Assembly (NCBI RefSeq): GCF_000142905.1
Contig: NW_013657626.1
Coordinates: forward strand, 1-64,000
DNA length: 64,000 nucleotides
Direction of reading: 5' to 3'
Origin: Thecamonas trahens ATCC 50062
Taxonomy: Eukaryota > Protista > Apusomonadida
Under the pieces are notes generated by a model. That model had not been told where the DNA came from. It worked only from the letters and a program-made list of their open reading frames with translations, and did not search any database. The translations under genes were made by a program, and so were the position numbers. Shown one piece after another: positions 45,011 to 56,322 of this stretch. Position 1 is the stretch's first letter. Every line of letters begins with the position of its first letter.

Positions 45011-47125
45011 ATGGCATGTGGTCGTGTTGGCGAGGTGGAGGCTGTCTATGACTGGGTTGTGGAGACAGTTGGCGAGCAGCTGCCGGAGCACTTGGCCGAG
45101 TTGAACAGTTTGGAAGAGCTCGTGAGCGATGGAACGGTGCTCTGTGTGCTCATCAACGTACTTTTGGATTTGTATGAACCAGCCGAGTCAAAGTTGGTGG
45201 TTCGTATTGGTTCATCGGCTTTGTTGAGGCGTATTGCAGCCATGGAGAACGTTTCTAACTTTCTCGCGGCGGCAGAGAACGTCTTTGGCCTCGCTCCTCA
45301 TCAACTCTTCCTTCCCATGGACATTGTCAACACAACTGTCAACACAAAGGCCGTGGCTGGTGCTCTCTACTCTTTTGCCGTTCGCTTGGAATCCATCAAC
45401 ATTCCTGACATCCCTCGCATCGCTGGCCATCGTCGCTTTGCCCGCAAGCCGGCTGCTCTCGCAGCGTCGCCGGTCCCAACTCCGCTGCCGACCCCAAAGC
45501 CACAACCGGAGCCTACCCCGCAGCCGAGCCCAGAGCCGAGCCCCGCTCCCTCTCCAGAGTCCACCCCCGACCCCTCTCCAGAGTCCACCCCCGACCCGTC
45601 GCTGTCTTGCGCATCTGATGCTGCCGCCGTCTCGGTCGGTTTTGACGATCAGACGCCGGCCACTGACTCTGTGGCGTCGGTTGACGACTCTGTGACTCCG
45701 GTTGGCAATCAGAATGGTGCTTCAGACGATGACTTTCTTGCCGACGAGCTCGCGGCGGTGGCAGCCGCCATCTCGTCCAACCCGGCACTTGAAGTCGAGC
45801 CCGCATCCGAGCCCGAGCCCGAGCCGGAGCCGGAGCCTGCGCCTGAACCCGAGCTCGCGCCCGAGCCCAAGTCCGCGCAGTCTGAGAATGCAGCCAGGCC
45901 CGCGCCCATGTCGCAGCATGCTGCGGTGGCGAGGGCAGCCGGGCATGCCCAGCGGCGCAAGGACACCGAGTCCGAGATCGACCGTGAGCTGGTCAAGATG
46001 CAGGTGGCCATGTCTGAGCTGATGGCCATGGCGGCCGAGGATGGGGCCCAGAAGGCCGGTGAAAGGGCCGAGCGGTGCACCGGTTGTGGCGAGCGGATCT
46101 ACAACATGGGTGTGTCGGTGGTCATTGACGATGCGCGATACCACAAGGCGCTCGACTGCCTGCCGACTAAGCCCAAGAGCCCGCTACTCGACGAGCTGCC
46201 GCGGGAGCGGTCGCGGCTCTCGATGGTCCTGGATGATGCGCTGACGATTCCGCTGGCCGCGCTCTCGCTCGACGATGCGCTGAGCGATGCTATGAGCGCC
46301 GGTGGCGACGATGACAAAGGCAAAGGTAGCGAGACCGCCGGCGCTGTGCCGGCGGCCGGCGAGAGCGCGCCACCCAGTGCGCTGCTTGCCCCTGACGCCA
46401 TGTCTAGGACCCGGTCGCGCCTCTCCATGGTCTTACACGACACGCTTCTTGCCGATGACGGTTCCAGCGGGCCCAACCCGGTCATCACCGAACTCGCCGA
46501 GGCGATCGGGTCCGGCATCGCCGATCTTGCCTCTGAGGCTGTGGCCGAGTCGGAGTCGGATCCAGAGCCCGAGTCTGAGCCCCAACCCGATGTGGAGCCG
46601 GAGTCGGCAAGGCCACAGCAAGCAACGCTCGCCATTCCGGCGGTGACCCGGCTGCGCTCGCGGTCCAAGGCGCGATCGCGGCTCTCGCTGGTGCTTGACG
46701 ACGCGCTCGCGGTGCCGACGTTTTCGGAGAGCGAGTTTGACATCTCTGAATTTGACTCGCTCGCCCTCTCGTCCGACTCGGACGTCGACAACTACGATGT
46801 TGAATCCCTGGGCGGCGATACGCCGTCGCTGCGGCCACGAAAGCACACGCTCGGCGCGCCGACGTCGACGGCCACGGCTGATGCTGCGGCGGTTCTCCGC
46901 GACTGGGAGGCGCTGGACAAGGCCATCCAGGCGCGTGAAAAGCTCAACAAGGTCCGGGCTGGACTCACCGCTATGGCTTCGCTGTACGCACCAAATACGC
47001 CAGAGCGCCTCGCCGTCGTCGAGCAGCTGAAGGCATGCCGTGCCTCCCTTGCACTGCAGTCCGAGTGCATCGATCGGCTGGGTCCGGTCGACTCGCCGCG
47101 CTACGACTCTCTTCGATCAGCCTAA
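45011..47125 (+). CDS. Calponin-homology (CH) domain protein with half-LIM zinc finger and HR1-like C-terminus
   Basis: CH: W..SDGTVLCVLINVL..AMENVSNFLAAA..FGL..LF.PMDI. CTGC..HKALDC. C-terminal helical hairpin (KVRAGLTAMASLY). Confidence 0.75.
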   Translation: MACGRVGEVEAVYDWVVETVGEQLPEHLAELNSLEELVSDGTVLCVLINVLLDLYEPAESKLVVRIGSSALLRRIAAMENVSNFLAAAENVFGLAPHQLFLPMDIVNTTVNTKAVAGALYSFAVRLESINIPDIPRIAGHRRFARKPAALAASPVPTPLPTPKPQPEPTPQPSPEPSPAPSPESTPDPSPESTPDPSLSCASDAAAVSVGFDDQTPATDSVASVDDSVTPVGNQNGASDDDFLADELAAVAAAISSNPALEVEPASEPEPEPEPEPAPEPELAPEPKSAQSENAARPAPMSQHAAVARAAGHAQRRKDTESEIDRELVKMQVAMSELMAMAAEDGAQKAGERAERCTGCGERIYNMGVSVVIDDARYHKALDCLPTKPKSPLLDELPRERSRLSMVLDDALTIPLAALSLDDALSDAMSAGGDDDKGKGSETAGAVPAAGESAPPSALLAPDAMSRTRSRLSMVLHDTLLADDGSSGPNPVITELAEAIGSGIADLASEAVAESESDPEPESEPQPDVEPESARPQQATLAIPAVTRLRSRSKARSRLSLVLDDALAVPTFSESEFDISEFDSLALSSDSDVDNYDVESLGGDTPSLRPRKHTLGAPTSTATADAAAVLRDWEALDKAIQAREKLNKVRAGLTAMASLYAPNTPERLAVVEQLKACRASLALQSECIDRLGPVDSPRYDSLRSA

Positions 47126-47440
47126 AATCGGCTCGCATGATCCGCCCTCCCATTCATGATACCACCCGCAGTTAATTAGACACAGGTGCACAACCCCCCC
47201 TCTATGGTGATGCCGGCTGATGGCTGACATGGTTGAGCTGCCGGGTGACGATCGCGGTCACACAAGGCACGGATATGAATTCGGTGGAGACGACATGGAT
47301 TATTTTCGTGCGGCAGCGCACAAAGGGACCAACACTGACAGGGCAAGGTGTGTGTGAGAGACGGGGGGGGGGGGGGGGGGGGGGGGGGACAGGCGTATTG
47401 AGGCCACCTGGCCACACCTCACTGACTGGGGAAGGGAACC

Positions 47441-48545
47441 ATGTCAGCAAGTCGAAGTGTGTCTGTGACTATTCCTGGACGACGAGGCGGCAGTGGTGCT
47501 GGTGCTGGTGCTGGTGCTGGTGTTGGTGCTGGTGGTGGTGGTGGAGATGGTGCTGGTCGTGCTGCTGGTGGCACGGGAGTCGGGCAACATGCAGGTGGTG
47601 ATGTTTTCACCGCATCGACACCTCCGTCGTTTCATGCAGAGTCTCCCTCGTTTTCAATGTTGGGTGATCCAAGGACTCAAGAGTCGTTTTCTTCCACTTG
47701 GGAAGCTCCCTTGGTGGTACGTTGCTCATGGGGTGATGAGATGAGGAGGGGGCACCATGCAACTGTTCACTATGTGCCTGATCACCATGCGCCTGATCAC
47801 TATGCGCCTGACAACCATGTGCCTGTTCACTATGCGCCTGACAACCATGTGCCTGATCACTATGTGCCTGATCACCATGCGCCTGGTCACTATGCGCCTG
47901 ATCACCATGCGCCTGATCACTATGCGCCTGACAACCATGCGCCTGATCACTATGTGCCTGATCACTGTGCGCCTGATCACTGTGCGTCTGGTCACTATGC
48001 GCATGATCACTATGCGCCTGACAACCATGCGCCTGATCACTATGCGCCTGACAACCATGCGCCTGATCACTATGCGCCTGACTACCATGCGTGTGGTGGA
48101 TAGCCATGCGTGGGATGTATACGACTGATTACGGCCGCCTGACTCACTCCATTTCGCGACGCAGCGCAACGTGTTTGTGGCCTCGCCCAGCATCGACATG
48201 ACGACGACAAAGCTGGTGAAGCACACGTTTGTGTGGAAGTACCCGTGCACCTCGGCGGTGCTGCGCGGATCGTTCACCTCGCCGCCGTGGGCAGTCTCCA
48301 TCCCTCTCACCATCACCGCAGACGGTGCAAAGGCCTCGGTCACAGTCCTCATTCCTCCAGGCGAGCACACCTACAAGTTGGTCGTCGATGACGAATGGCA
48401 CCTTATCTCCTACCTTCCGATCTGCGTCGGCTCGGACGGCATCGTCAACAACCTCCTTGTTCTCGACGAAGCCGAAGCCGAACTCGCCGATCCCTCCCGC
48501 GTCATCCTCCCTTCCTCCACCACTGCCGCTACATCCTCATCATGA
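47441..48545 (+). CDS. CBM48 (AMPK-beta-type glycogen-binding) domain protein; exons 47441-47716 and 48165-48545
   Basis: Phase-0 intron GTACGT...CTCAC...GCAG. FVWKY..LRGSF..W..IPL..PPGEHTYKLVVDDEW..GIVNNLL. Confidence 0.8.
47754..48090. repeat. Intronic 15-bp minisatellite, about 22 units (GCCTGATCACTATGC / GCCTGACAACCATGC)
   Basis: Directly visible tandem array inside the CBM48 gene intron. Confidence 0.95.
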
Positions 48546-48801
48546 TGTCCTTTTTCCCCTTCCCTCCCCTCACCTCGCCTTCCCTCCCCTCCCTCCTCCT
48601 TCCAACCAACATCAAAGTCACTCTTGTCATATCTTTGGGCGGCGGTCGAGTGCCAGCAGTTGGCTGACGAGCAACCGGCTCGCCGCCTCCGCCCCAGCCC
48701 CAGCCCCCGCACCCCCCCTCCGCCAGGAGCCGACGGCGACGGGAGGAGGTAGTACGCGGGCTACACGACGACCACGCAACTCAAACAGGGTGACAGTTCG
48801 T

Positions 48802-50652
48802 ATGGCACACCTTGGAATAGAGGAGCAACAGCGAGCCATTCCTGACCGCTACTACGTGAGTGAGGACCAAGTATGGGCAGGAAAGCGACGGAGCGACCTG
48901 GCAGCCACGCATGGCTCGGTTGGCTCGGACTCTGCCACACTTCCGCCATTTCATCGCATTACGCCCAACGGGAAAAAGAGTGACTCGACGAGCGACAATT
49001 TCTCGTCGGGCAGGCTGGATCAAACCACAAAGCTGCTATTTGGTCCTCCTTCCACCGCTGCCATCGAGTCCATCATCGCTACTCCTGGAAGATCTTCCCT
49101 TCTCAACGAGCTGAAGGAGGAGAACGCTCGGAGAGAGGTGGAGCTCTTGGGATCTAATCTGCAGTCTGGAACTCCCGCATCAAACCAGGCTCACGCAGGC
49201 GCCCTGGTCGGCTTGCAAGCACAGCTCCATGCCAAGGACACGCTGCTCTCGCAGGAGCGAGAAAAGGTGCTCGAGCTCCGCAAGGCGCTCGAGGTGAGCA
49301 AGAACGAGGCTGATGAGCTCCGCCGCCTGCAGTCGGTGCGGGAAGAGTCGGAGAAGGCCGCCGAGGTCCTCGAGCTGCAGCATGTTATCCTCGAGCTGCA
49401 GCACGAGAACGCCGAGCTGGAGCGGATGCTTCACGCCTCGACTTCGGCTGTCCACAAAGAACTGGCCAAGCAGCAAGATGCTCACGCGAGCGAGAAGGCC
49501 GAGCTGCTCGCCCAGCTCGACCACGCCAACCACTCAGCCGCCGAGGCCGAACGGTCCATGGACCTCGACCGCGACTCGGAGCTCCGCAACGCCCACAAGG
49601 GCATGGTCGAGGCCCAGTCCGAGGTCCGCGCGCTCACCCGCTCGCTCAACGACACCCGTGCGCTCCTCCGCGACTCTCAGGAGCGCATCGCCGAGCTGGA
49701 GGACCAGCTGCGCAACCGCGAAGCTGCCATCGACGGCCACGCCGAGCAGCTGTCGCGGCTCGCAGATCACTCGTCGTCGACCGACGCCAAGCGACTGCGC
49801 GACATTGTGTCCACCCTCGAGGCCGAGAAGCGAGGTCTGGAAGCCGTCGTCCGCGCTGGCTCGCACTACCGGTCATCGCTGCCGGATGCCCCGCTCCCGG
49901 CCATGACCTCAGGCCCGGCGCGCGAGAGCCAGCCAATTGACCCCAATGCGGATGCTGCCGTCCTGCTTGCGCAGCTGGAGAACGCCCGCGCGCAAAACGC
50001 CCATCTCACTTTCCAGCTCGAGGAGTACGAGACCGAGAACGCCGAGCTCCGGGCGCTGCTGGCCGAGCTCAAGGCCAAGGCGCCTGGCGGCGCCCTCTTT
50101 AGCGACGATCAGCCGCCGCCGGCCGACTCGGAGTCGGCTGATGACCAGCCGTCGTTCAACGGCTCCGAGTCTATCTTCAACTCGGTGGCGGCGGCGCTCA
50201 ACGAGCAGTCGCTGGCCTTTGTGGACGACAGTGTCGGCGATGGCGCCGCCCTCGACCGCGTCGTCGTCAACACGCCACAGCCCGGAGTCATGTCGGTGGC
50301 GGCCTCGCCGGGCGCCTCGATTTTCCGCGCCACCCCGTCGCCGCGTGGACAGCAGGGTGCGGCTTCATCGGCGCGGTCCCGCCCGAGCTCGGGCTCACGA
50401 ATGCCGCTGGCGCCGTCGCCGCGCAGGCGGTCACCATCGCCGACCCGCAAGCACGCGTCCAAGCTTGCGCCAACGCCGTCCGCTGCGATCTTTGCCTCGC
50501 GATCGCGGGCCAACTGGTGGCCGCAAAAAGAGCTTGACGCTCGGCTCTCGGCCTCGCGCCTCGCGCGGCGGGCTTGGAAGCCGCCCGGCCCCAAGCCGCC
50601 TGGCCCGAACGAGCCGTCCATCACCACGGCGCACAAGCGCGACGATGCCTAG
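48802..50652 (+). CDS. Coiled-coil protein of unknown function
   Basis: Long ORF with GC3-biased codons, heptad-rich centre and basic Ser/Pro tail ending in a WKPPG motif. Start inferred. Confidence 0.7.
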   Translation: MAHLGIEEQQRAIPDRYYVSEDQVWAGKRRSDLAATHGSVGSDSATLPPFHRITPNGKKSDSTSDNFSSGRLDQTTKLLFGPPSTAAIESIIATPGRSSLLNELKEENARREVELLGSNLQSGTPASNQAHAGALVGLQAQLHAKDTLLSQEREKVLELRKALEVSKNEADELRRLQSVREESEKAAEVLELQHVILELQHENAELERMLHASTSAVHKELAKQQDAHASEKAELLAQLDHANHSAAEAERSMDLDRDSELRNAHKGMVEAQSEVRALTRSLNDTRALLRDSQERIAELEDQLRNREAAIDGHAEQLSRLADHSSSTDAKRLRDIVSTLEAEKRGLEAVVRAGSHYRSSLPDAPLPAMTSGPARESQPIDPNADAAVLLAQLENARAQNAHLTFQLEEYETENAELRALLAELKAKAPGGALFSDDQPPPADSESADDQPSFNGSESIFNSVAAALNEQSLAFVDDSVGDGAALDRVVVNTPQPGVMSVAASPGASIFRATPSPRGQQGAASSARSRPSSGSRMPLAPSPRRRSPSPTRKHASKLAPTPSAAIFASRSRANWWPQKELDARLSASRLARRAWKPPGPKPPGPNEPSITTAHKRDDA

Positions 50653-51364
50653 CGGTGCAAGTCTGAACACATGACGGTACGAAATGAACAATTTCGTCCA
50701 TCGCGCAAGCCGCGCGCTCTGCGACGCTCCACAGACGTCCATCGATCGCGGGAAAAGAGTAGTACAATGTGCTAATGGCTGCCACAACAGAAAACAGTCG
50801 GCGATGCAGAGATGGACGCCGCACGCGGCGCGAAAGGTCCGCGGCCGCCATCGCTTACCATGAAGCCTCCGGCAGGCGAGGCTGGGTAAGGTGGTGATGA
50901 CGAGCGGTGATGACGAGCGGCCGCTGCAGAGGTGCGCTTTCTTGGCGAGAATGTCGGCGCAGAGGGACGATTCCGCTTGCGCGACGGCGCGGAGTCGGCG
51001 GCGTCGGTGCTGGCGGGGAGGCTCCAGCGTCGCACGGTCGACTCGGCGAGCAACGACAACGTTGTTGAGTCTGGAGGACGAGAGCAGATTGCCAGGAAAC
51101 GGCAGTCGATCAAGTTCTTCCACACGACAACAGTGAGGTCGTCGCCACGTTGCACACAAGGGCGTCGCCGGGACGAGCGTCGGGCGACAGGCCCCACGTG
51201 CAAGCCACGCATCGGGCACGCCTCCCATCTCCAGCCGCAGGTCAAGCAGGCGTCGCGCAGCGTCGGCCGGAGACCTGGAAGTCAAGCTTCATCGAGTTGT
51301 TCACTTTGAGACGCGCGACAGCGCGTCCGAACGGCCGTACCGTTAAGGGTTAACAGCCAAGTCA

Positions 51365-52996
51365 CTACTCGTCGATGCGGACCGGGAGCGAGGCCTTGAT
51401 CAGGTCGCCAGCGTCGCCGGGACGGGCAGCCATGGCGGCGTTGTAGGCCGCAGCGGCTGCGGAGCCGGCATCGCCGAGGGTTGGCGGGGCATAGGTAAAG
51501 TCAGAGGCGAGGCCGACGTAGCCGGTGCCGTAGACAACTTCGATGGACGAGAGGGTGATGCCCGAGACGACCGGGATGGGGAAGCCGACGCCGAGGACCT
51601 TGTTGATCCAGGGAACGAGGCCCTTGGAGACGGCTAGGTTGACGAGGGCGTCGAGGAGCTGGACGTTAAAGTTGCCGATGGGCGCAGTGGTGTTGGCCAG
51701 CGAGAGGTTGCAGCCGACGTACGAGACCTGGGCGGTGATGTTGTTGGCCGAGACGGCGACCTTGCCGGTGCCAAAAAGGTGGAGGCCAAGAGTAAAGGCG
51801 TAGATGCGCGGCTGGCCGGCGGGGAGAACGTAGACGGCAACGTTGCCGAGCACGTCGCACGTTGCGCCGTCGGGCGAAATGGCGGCGTTGGGCGTGGCGT
51901 TGGCGGCGAGCTCAAACTCGACCTTCATGTCCGGATACGCCTTGTACAGCGCCGGGAGAAGGAACCGCATCGACGTGGTGTTGAGCGAGACGGGCGACCA
52001 GGACGGGAGCTCGTTGACGGTGGTGTGGAGAGCGCCGGCCTTAAAGTAGACGTAGCCGGCCGAGAACGCCACGTCCTCCGAGAAGACAAGGTTGATCTCG
52101 TCGGCGGCGTCGACAGTGGTCGGGAGCTTGACTGGAGCCCAGGGGCCGGGCGGCGCCGGTGAGTTGGAGAGGAACTGGCCGAGATGGACCGACGAGAACT
52201 GGGTAGCGGTGATGCTTGGCGGGGCGAGCATGGCGTAGTTGACAGACGAGTATTTGTCGACCTTCTCCTTGATGGGCAGAGTGGCGAGCGCTTCCTCGGC
52301 CTGCTTGTTGATGGCGTCAACAATGGCCGACTTGAGCGAGGACTGGACCGAGGACTTGACCGAGCCCTTGAAGAGGCCGACGAGCCAGTTGTAGAGCCAC
52401 GAGGCACCTCCATGGACCTTGATGTGGAACGAACCAATGTCGACCTCTGAAGCATCAACAGCAACCGTGGGTCGACCCGAGGCCTCACCGATGGCAACGG
52501 TGACGGAGATGGTGGTCTTGGAGACGTCGACACTCGCCGAGCCATGATCGGAGATGTGTGGCCAAGAGTGCTCACGGTAATGCCAATTGAGGCTCACATC
52601 ACACACAGCAGACGAGACACCGACTTGAATGCCGGTACCTGGCTTGAGCTGAAGGATCGAGTCTGGCAGAGCCAAGTTGGTAATGGCAATGTTCGAGAGA
52701 GTGTAGTCGACGTGTCCCACGGGTGTGCCTGCCGAGCCAGAAATGGTTGGCACGGAAATGGTTTTGAGCTCAGCGAGAATGAGCTCAATGCCCACGTCTT
52801 TGATGTACGTCAGGCCTTTTTGAGAGAGGGAGACCGCCACACCAGCACCTCCACCACTTGCCACCTTGTCGGTCATGCTACGCCTGCCCGTCATGGTTGT
52901 CGTTGGCAAGGCCGTGGGCATGGCCGTCGTCGTCATCGACATAATCGCCACTGTGAGCATGACAATGCCAAGCATGGCTACAGTCGTCGCTTGCAT
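51365..52996 (-). CDS. LBP/BPI/CETP family lipid-binding secreted protein
   Basis: Signal peptide, LSQKGLTYIKDVG, GHVDYTLSNI, HGGASWLYNWL, LPALYKAYPDM, GFPIP. Confidence 0.9.
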   Translation of the reverse strand: MQATTVAMLGIVMLTVAIMSMTTTAMPTALPTTTMTGRRSMTDKVASGGGAGVAVSLSQKGLTYIKDVGIELILAELKTISVPTISGSAGTPVGHVDYTLSNIAITNLALPDSILQLKPGTGIQVGVSSAVCDVSLNWHYREHSWPHISDHGSASVDVSKTTISVTVAIGEASGRPTVAVDASEVDIGSFHIKVHGGASWLYNWLVGLFKGSVKSSVQSSLKSAIVDAINKQAEEALATLPIKEKVDKYSSVNYAMLAPPSITATQFSSVHLGQFLSNSPAPPGPWAPVKLPTTVDAADEINLVFSEDVAFSAGYVYFKAGALHTTVNELPSWSPVSLNTTSMRFLLPALYKAYPDMKVEFELAANATPNAAISPDGATCDVLGNVAVYVLPAGQPRIYAFTLGLHLFGTGKVAVSANNITAQVSYVGCNLSLANTTAPIGNFNVQLLDALVNLAVSKGLVPWINKVLGVGFPIPVVSGITLSSIEVVYGTGYVGLASDFTYAPPTLGDAGSAAAAAYNAAMAARPGDAGDLIKASLPVRIDE

Positions 52997-53309
52997 AGTG
53001 AAAGTGTAGAAGAGTGGCGTGGTCGTTGTCGTCGCCGTTGTCGTACTCGCCGTCGGTCACGTGAGTCACGGTGGCGAAGGTCGGGCGGGTGCTGCCGCCG
53101 CACGTCGGGCACGGGTCACGTGCCGCCCGCTGGGTGTGAATAATCGACTGTCAGATCAGATCAGGGGTAGAAAGGACGGGAGGGGGGGAGGGAGAGAGAG
53201 GGGGGGGGGGAGGGAGGAGCTTGTGTGAGGTGTGAGGTGGCGGCCTTCATTTCCGTGCACGGCAGGGCTTTCCGGAGGGGGGGAGGGGGGGGAGGGGGGG
53301 GGGGGGGGG

Positions 53310-56300
53310 CTACGACAGATCGTCAACAGTGACCGACTCGAGGAGTTGGAGAATGTCGGCAAAGGCCGGGCGGGCGTCGGGTGAGCCGTCCCAGCAGGCG
53401 CGCATGAGAGCGGCGAGGACCTTGGGGGTGGATCGCGAGATGTGCGGGCGTTCGCCCTTGGAGACGCCGAGCATGACCTGGAAGTGGTTCTGGAGGTGGG
53501 CAAAGGGAACGGCGTAGTGGGTGAGCTCCCATAGGACAATGCCGAACGAGTAGACGTCGGCCTTGAGGCCGTAGGCCGGTGACTGCATAACCTCGGGAGC
53601 CATCCACTGCGGAGTGCCGATGGGCGACTTGTTGGACTGAATGGACTGGAGGTAGAAGCGCGAGAGGCCAAAGTCGCAGATCTTGGCCGACCAGCGGTCG
53701 TCGAGGAGGACGTTGAGTGACTTGAGGTCACGGTGGAGGACGGGCGGCGACATAGCGTGAAGGGCAGCCATGCCGCGGGCAATGTCTGTGGCGATGGAGA
53801 GGGTGAGCGAGGGCGCAAAGCGGATACGCTGCTTCTGCAGAACATCAAAGAGCGAGCCATGGGCGCAGTACTCGGTGACGATGCAGAGCTTGGGCGGCTC
53901 GTCGGCAGTGCCAATGAGGAAGACCAAGTTCGGGTGGTCCATTTCGGACATGAGCTCGGTCTCCTTGCGGAAGTCAACGAGCACGTCCTCGGTGTACTGC
54001 TCGGTGAGAAACTTGGCAGCAACGTCCAGGCCGCGGAGCTTGGCGAGGAAGACCTTGCCGAACGAGCCCTCGCCGAGCGTCCGCCCGAGCTCGATCTCGT
54101 CGATGGTGATGTCGGTGAGGCGCGGGAAGACCACGACCGAGGCCTGCTCGTCAACGGGGGGCTTTTCGACGAGCGGGATCTTTTCGCGCTTGCGACGGCG
54201 CGAGCGGCGCGGGAGGCCGGCGTACTTGCCCTGCGGCAAGACGAGCTCGTAGAGGAGGTGGAGAAAGTCGACAAAGTCGAGGACGTGGCGGCTCGGATCC
54301 TGCAACCGCTCAAAGAGGTCGGCAAAGTGCGAGGGCACGCCGCCAAAGTAGGTGTTGAGAAACTCGATGACCTCATCGCGGTCAAGACGCTTGTTGTTGT
54401 CGGCGTCGGTCTGCTCGTACGCCGAGCGGAGCCAGCGCATGCCCTCGACCACCACCGTGGCATTGGCGGTCCGGGCGACCACTTGTGCGTACGACGAGCG
54501 GCGAACGAGCGAGTACACAAAGTGCAGCCATTCGGTAAAGTCGAGCGTCCCGTTGGCATCGGTGTCGACCTTCTGGAAAATCCGCTGAAGGCGGCCGACA
54601 ATGTTAACGACGTTGCGGGTGTTGTGGACGCCAAGGAGGAGCTCCGACTCGTCGATGACGTTGTCGCCGTCGGTGTCATAGAGCGAGAAGTCACGCTCGA
54701 GAACGCGGTACATGGCGGTGAGCATTTGCCACAGCTCCGAGTTGGTGATCGGGTTCGCACCGTCCGACGTCGAGGCGTCGGACTCGAGCGCCGGCGCCGA
54801 CTCGAACAAGCCGTCCTTAGACTTGGAGAAGCAGTCGGTGCAGAGAACGTACGAGCACTTGGTGCAACAGTGGGTAGGGGTAGTACCCGTCGTCGCACAA
54901 ATGGCGCAGCTCCACGTCCCAGTCACGCCCTGCGGCTGCAAGATCGGGAGCGGGTGGCGGTGTGCTGGGACGCAGAACTCGTTCTCGCCCTGCACCATCT
55001 GGATCTCCTGCGGCTCGGCGCGGAGCTCCGACGACGAAGCTCCAGCCTCGGCGTCCGAGTCGACCGTCAGCGAGGTGTCGGCCAAGTCGGGCTCGTCACC
55101 AAGGTTGAGCGGAATAGGCGCCTTGGATCCGCGCCGCTTGTGCTTGTGCTTGTGCTTGTGCTTGTGCTTGCCCTTGCTCTTGGCCTTGCCGGGCGTGGGC
55201 TTGGCAAGCGGCACGCCGCCCACCGGCACCTTGATGATCCGGTACGTGCCCTCCGGGTACGCATACATGTATAGGAACATCATGAACCGCGAGACCGAGA
55301 CAAGATCAGGCTTGGACGGATGGACGACAGCGTCCCAGAGCTCATCAAACTCGTCCGGTATGCCGCCGAGAGCCGAGGTGCAGAACGAGCGCATGGCCTT
55401 GGTATCAAGCGTCCGCGTCTCGTCTGGATCAAACTTCATAAAGCCAGCACGGAGCCGCTTGCATGCCGATTGGACGACGCCGGCCGAGTCTGAGGGGAAC
55501 AAGTCGTCGTACGACGAGATTTCCTGCCAGTAGTACACCAGCTGGAGGTACTCCTTAAAGTTGAGGTCGCCCGAGTTGTCCACATCAAACTCGGTGAAGA
55601 GCGACTGCATAGCATCAACCTGTGTGTGGGTGGGGGGGGGGGAGGGAAACGTTTTCCCAGAGGTGAGGTAACGATTAACAGAACAACAAAATAATTGAGG
55701 GCGGGTAGTCAGCGAGGTAATGATAACAGCCATAACAAATAATTGAAAGGAAGTGGGNNNNNNNNNNNNNNNNNNNNNNNNNNNNNNNNNNNNNNNNNNN
55801 NNNNNNNNNNNNNNNNNNNNNNNNNNNNNNNNNNNNNNNNNNNNNNNNNNNNNNNNNNNNNNNNNNNNNNNNNNNNNNNNNNNNNNNNNNNNNNNNNNNN
55901 NNNNGGCATCGAAGGAAAAATCGAGCGGATGTTGGGCGGTGGGAGAACGGGGCAACGATTCTTGAACAAGGGAAAATATCATTAAAAAGGGAGCAAGTGG
56001 CAGCGTTTTGGTCGTCGCGGAGAACACAGGCGGTTGAAGGGGGGTGGGGAGGGGGGGGAGGGGGGGGAGGGGGGGAGGGGGGGTAGAAGAGCGGAGAAAG
56101 TCGGGAAAGTGGGTGTGGAGACATAGTATAAGGAGATGCAGTAGGGTATGTGGTTGAGGGGGAGAGGGAGTAGGTAGTGCGTACCTCACGGAAGCCTTGG
56201 TGCATGAGGTACGTTGCCCAGTGCTCGATGGAGAGCGAGCCAACACCGTCCAAGTCGGCTGCGTTAAAGGTATCCTCCATGACCTGGAAGGCATCATGGA

Positions 56301-56322
56301 GCTCCTGTCGGATGTCTGTCAT
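53310..56322 (-). CDS. Multi-EF-hand, zinc-finger, tyrosine-kinase-like (Raf/MLK-type) Ser/Thr kinase; exons ~56322-56185 and 55619-53310, more 5' exons likely
   Basis: GEGSFG, VAAK, HRDLKSLN, DFG, GTPQWMAPE, DVYSFG. EF loops DLDGVGSLS, DVDNSGDLN, DTDGDNVID, DTDANGTLD, DADNNKRLD. HRHPL..CAIC..CTKC..CTDC. Confidence 0.9.
55758..55904. other. Assembly gap (N run) inside kinase intron
   Basis: Run of N. Confidence 0.99.

Noticed and set aside
47754-48090. CRISPR-like array or His-rich (DHYAP)n metal-binding protein
   Set aside because: There are no unique spacers. It is a 15-bp minisatellite inside a phase-0 intron, stop-free in several frames simply because of the unit sequence.
50660-51350. 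Possible small gene between the coiled-coil gene and LBP/BPI
   Set aside because: Several overlapping ORFs but no recognisable motif or convincing splice model.
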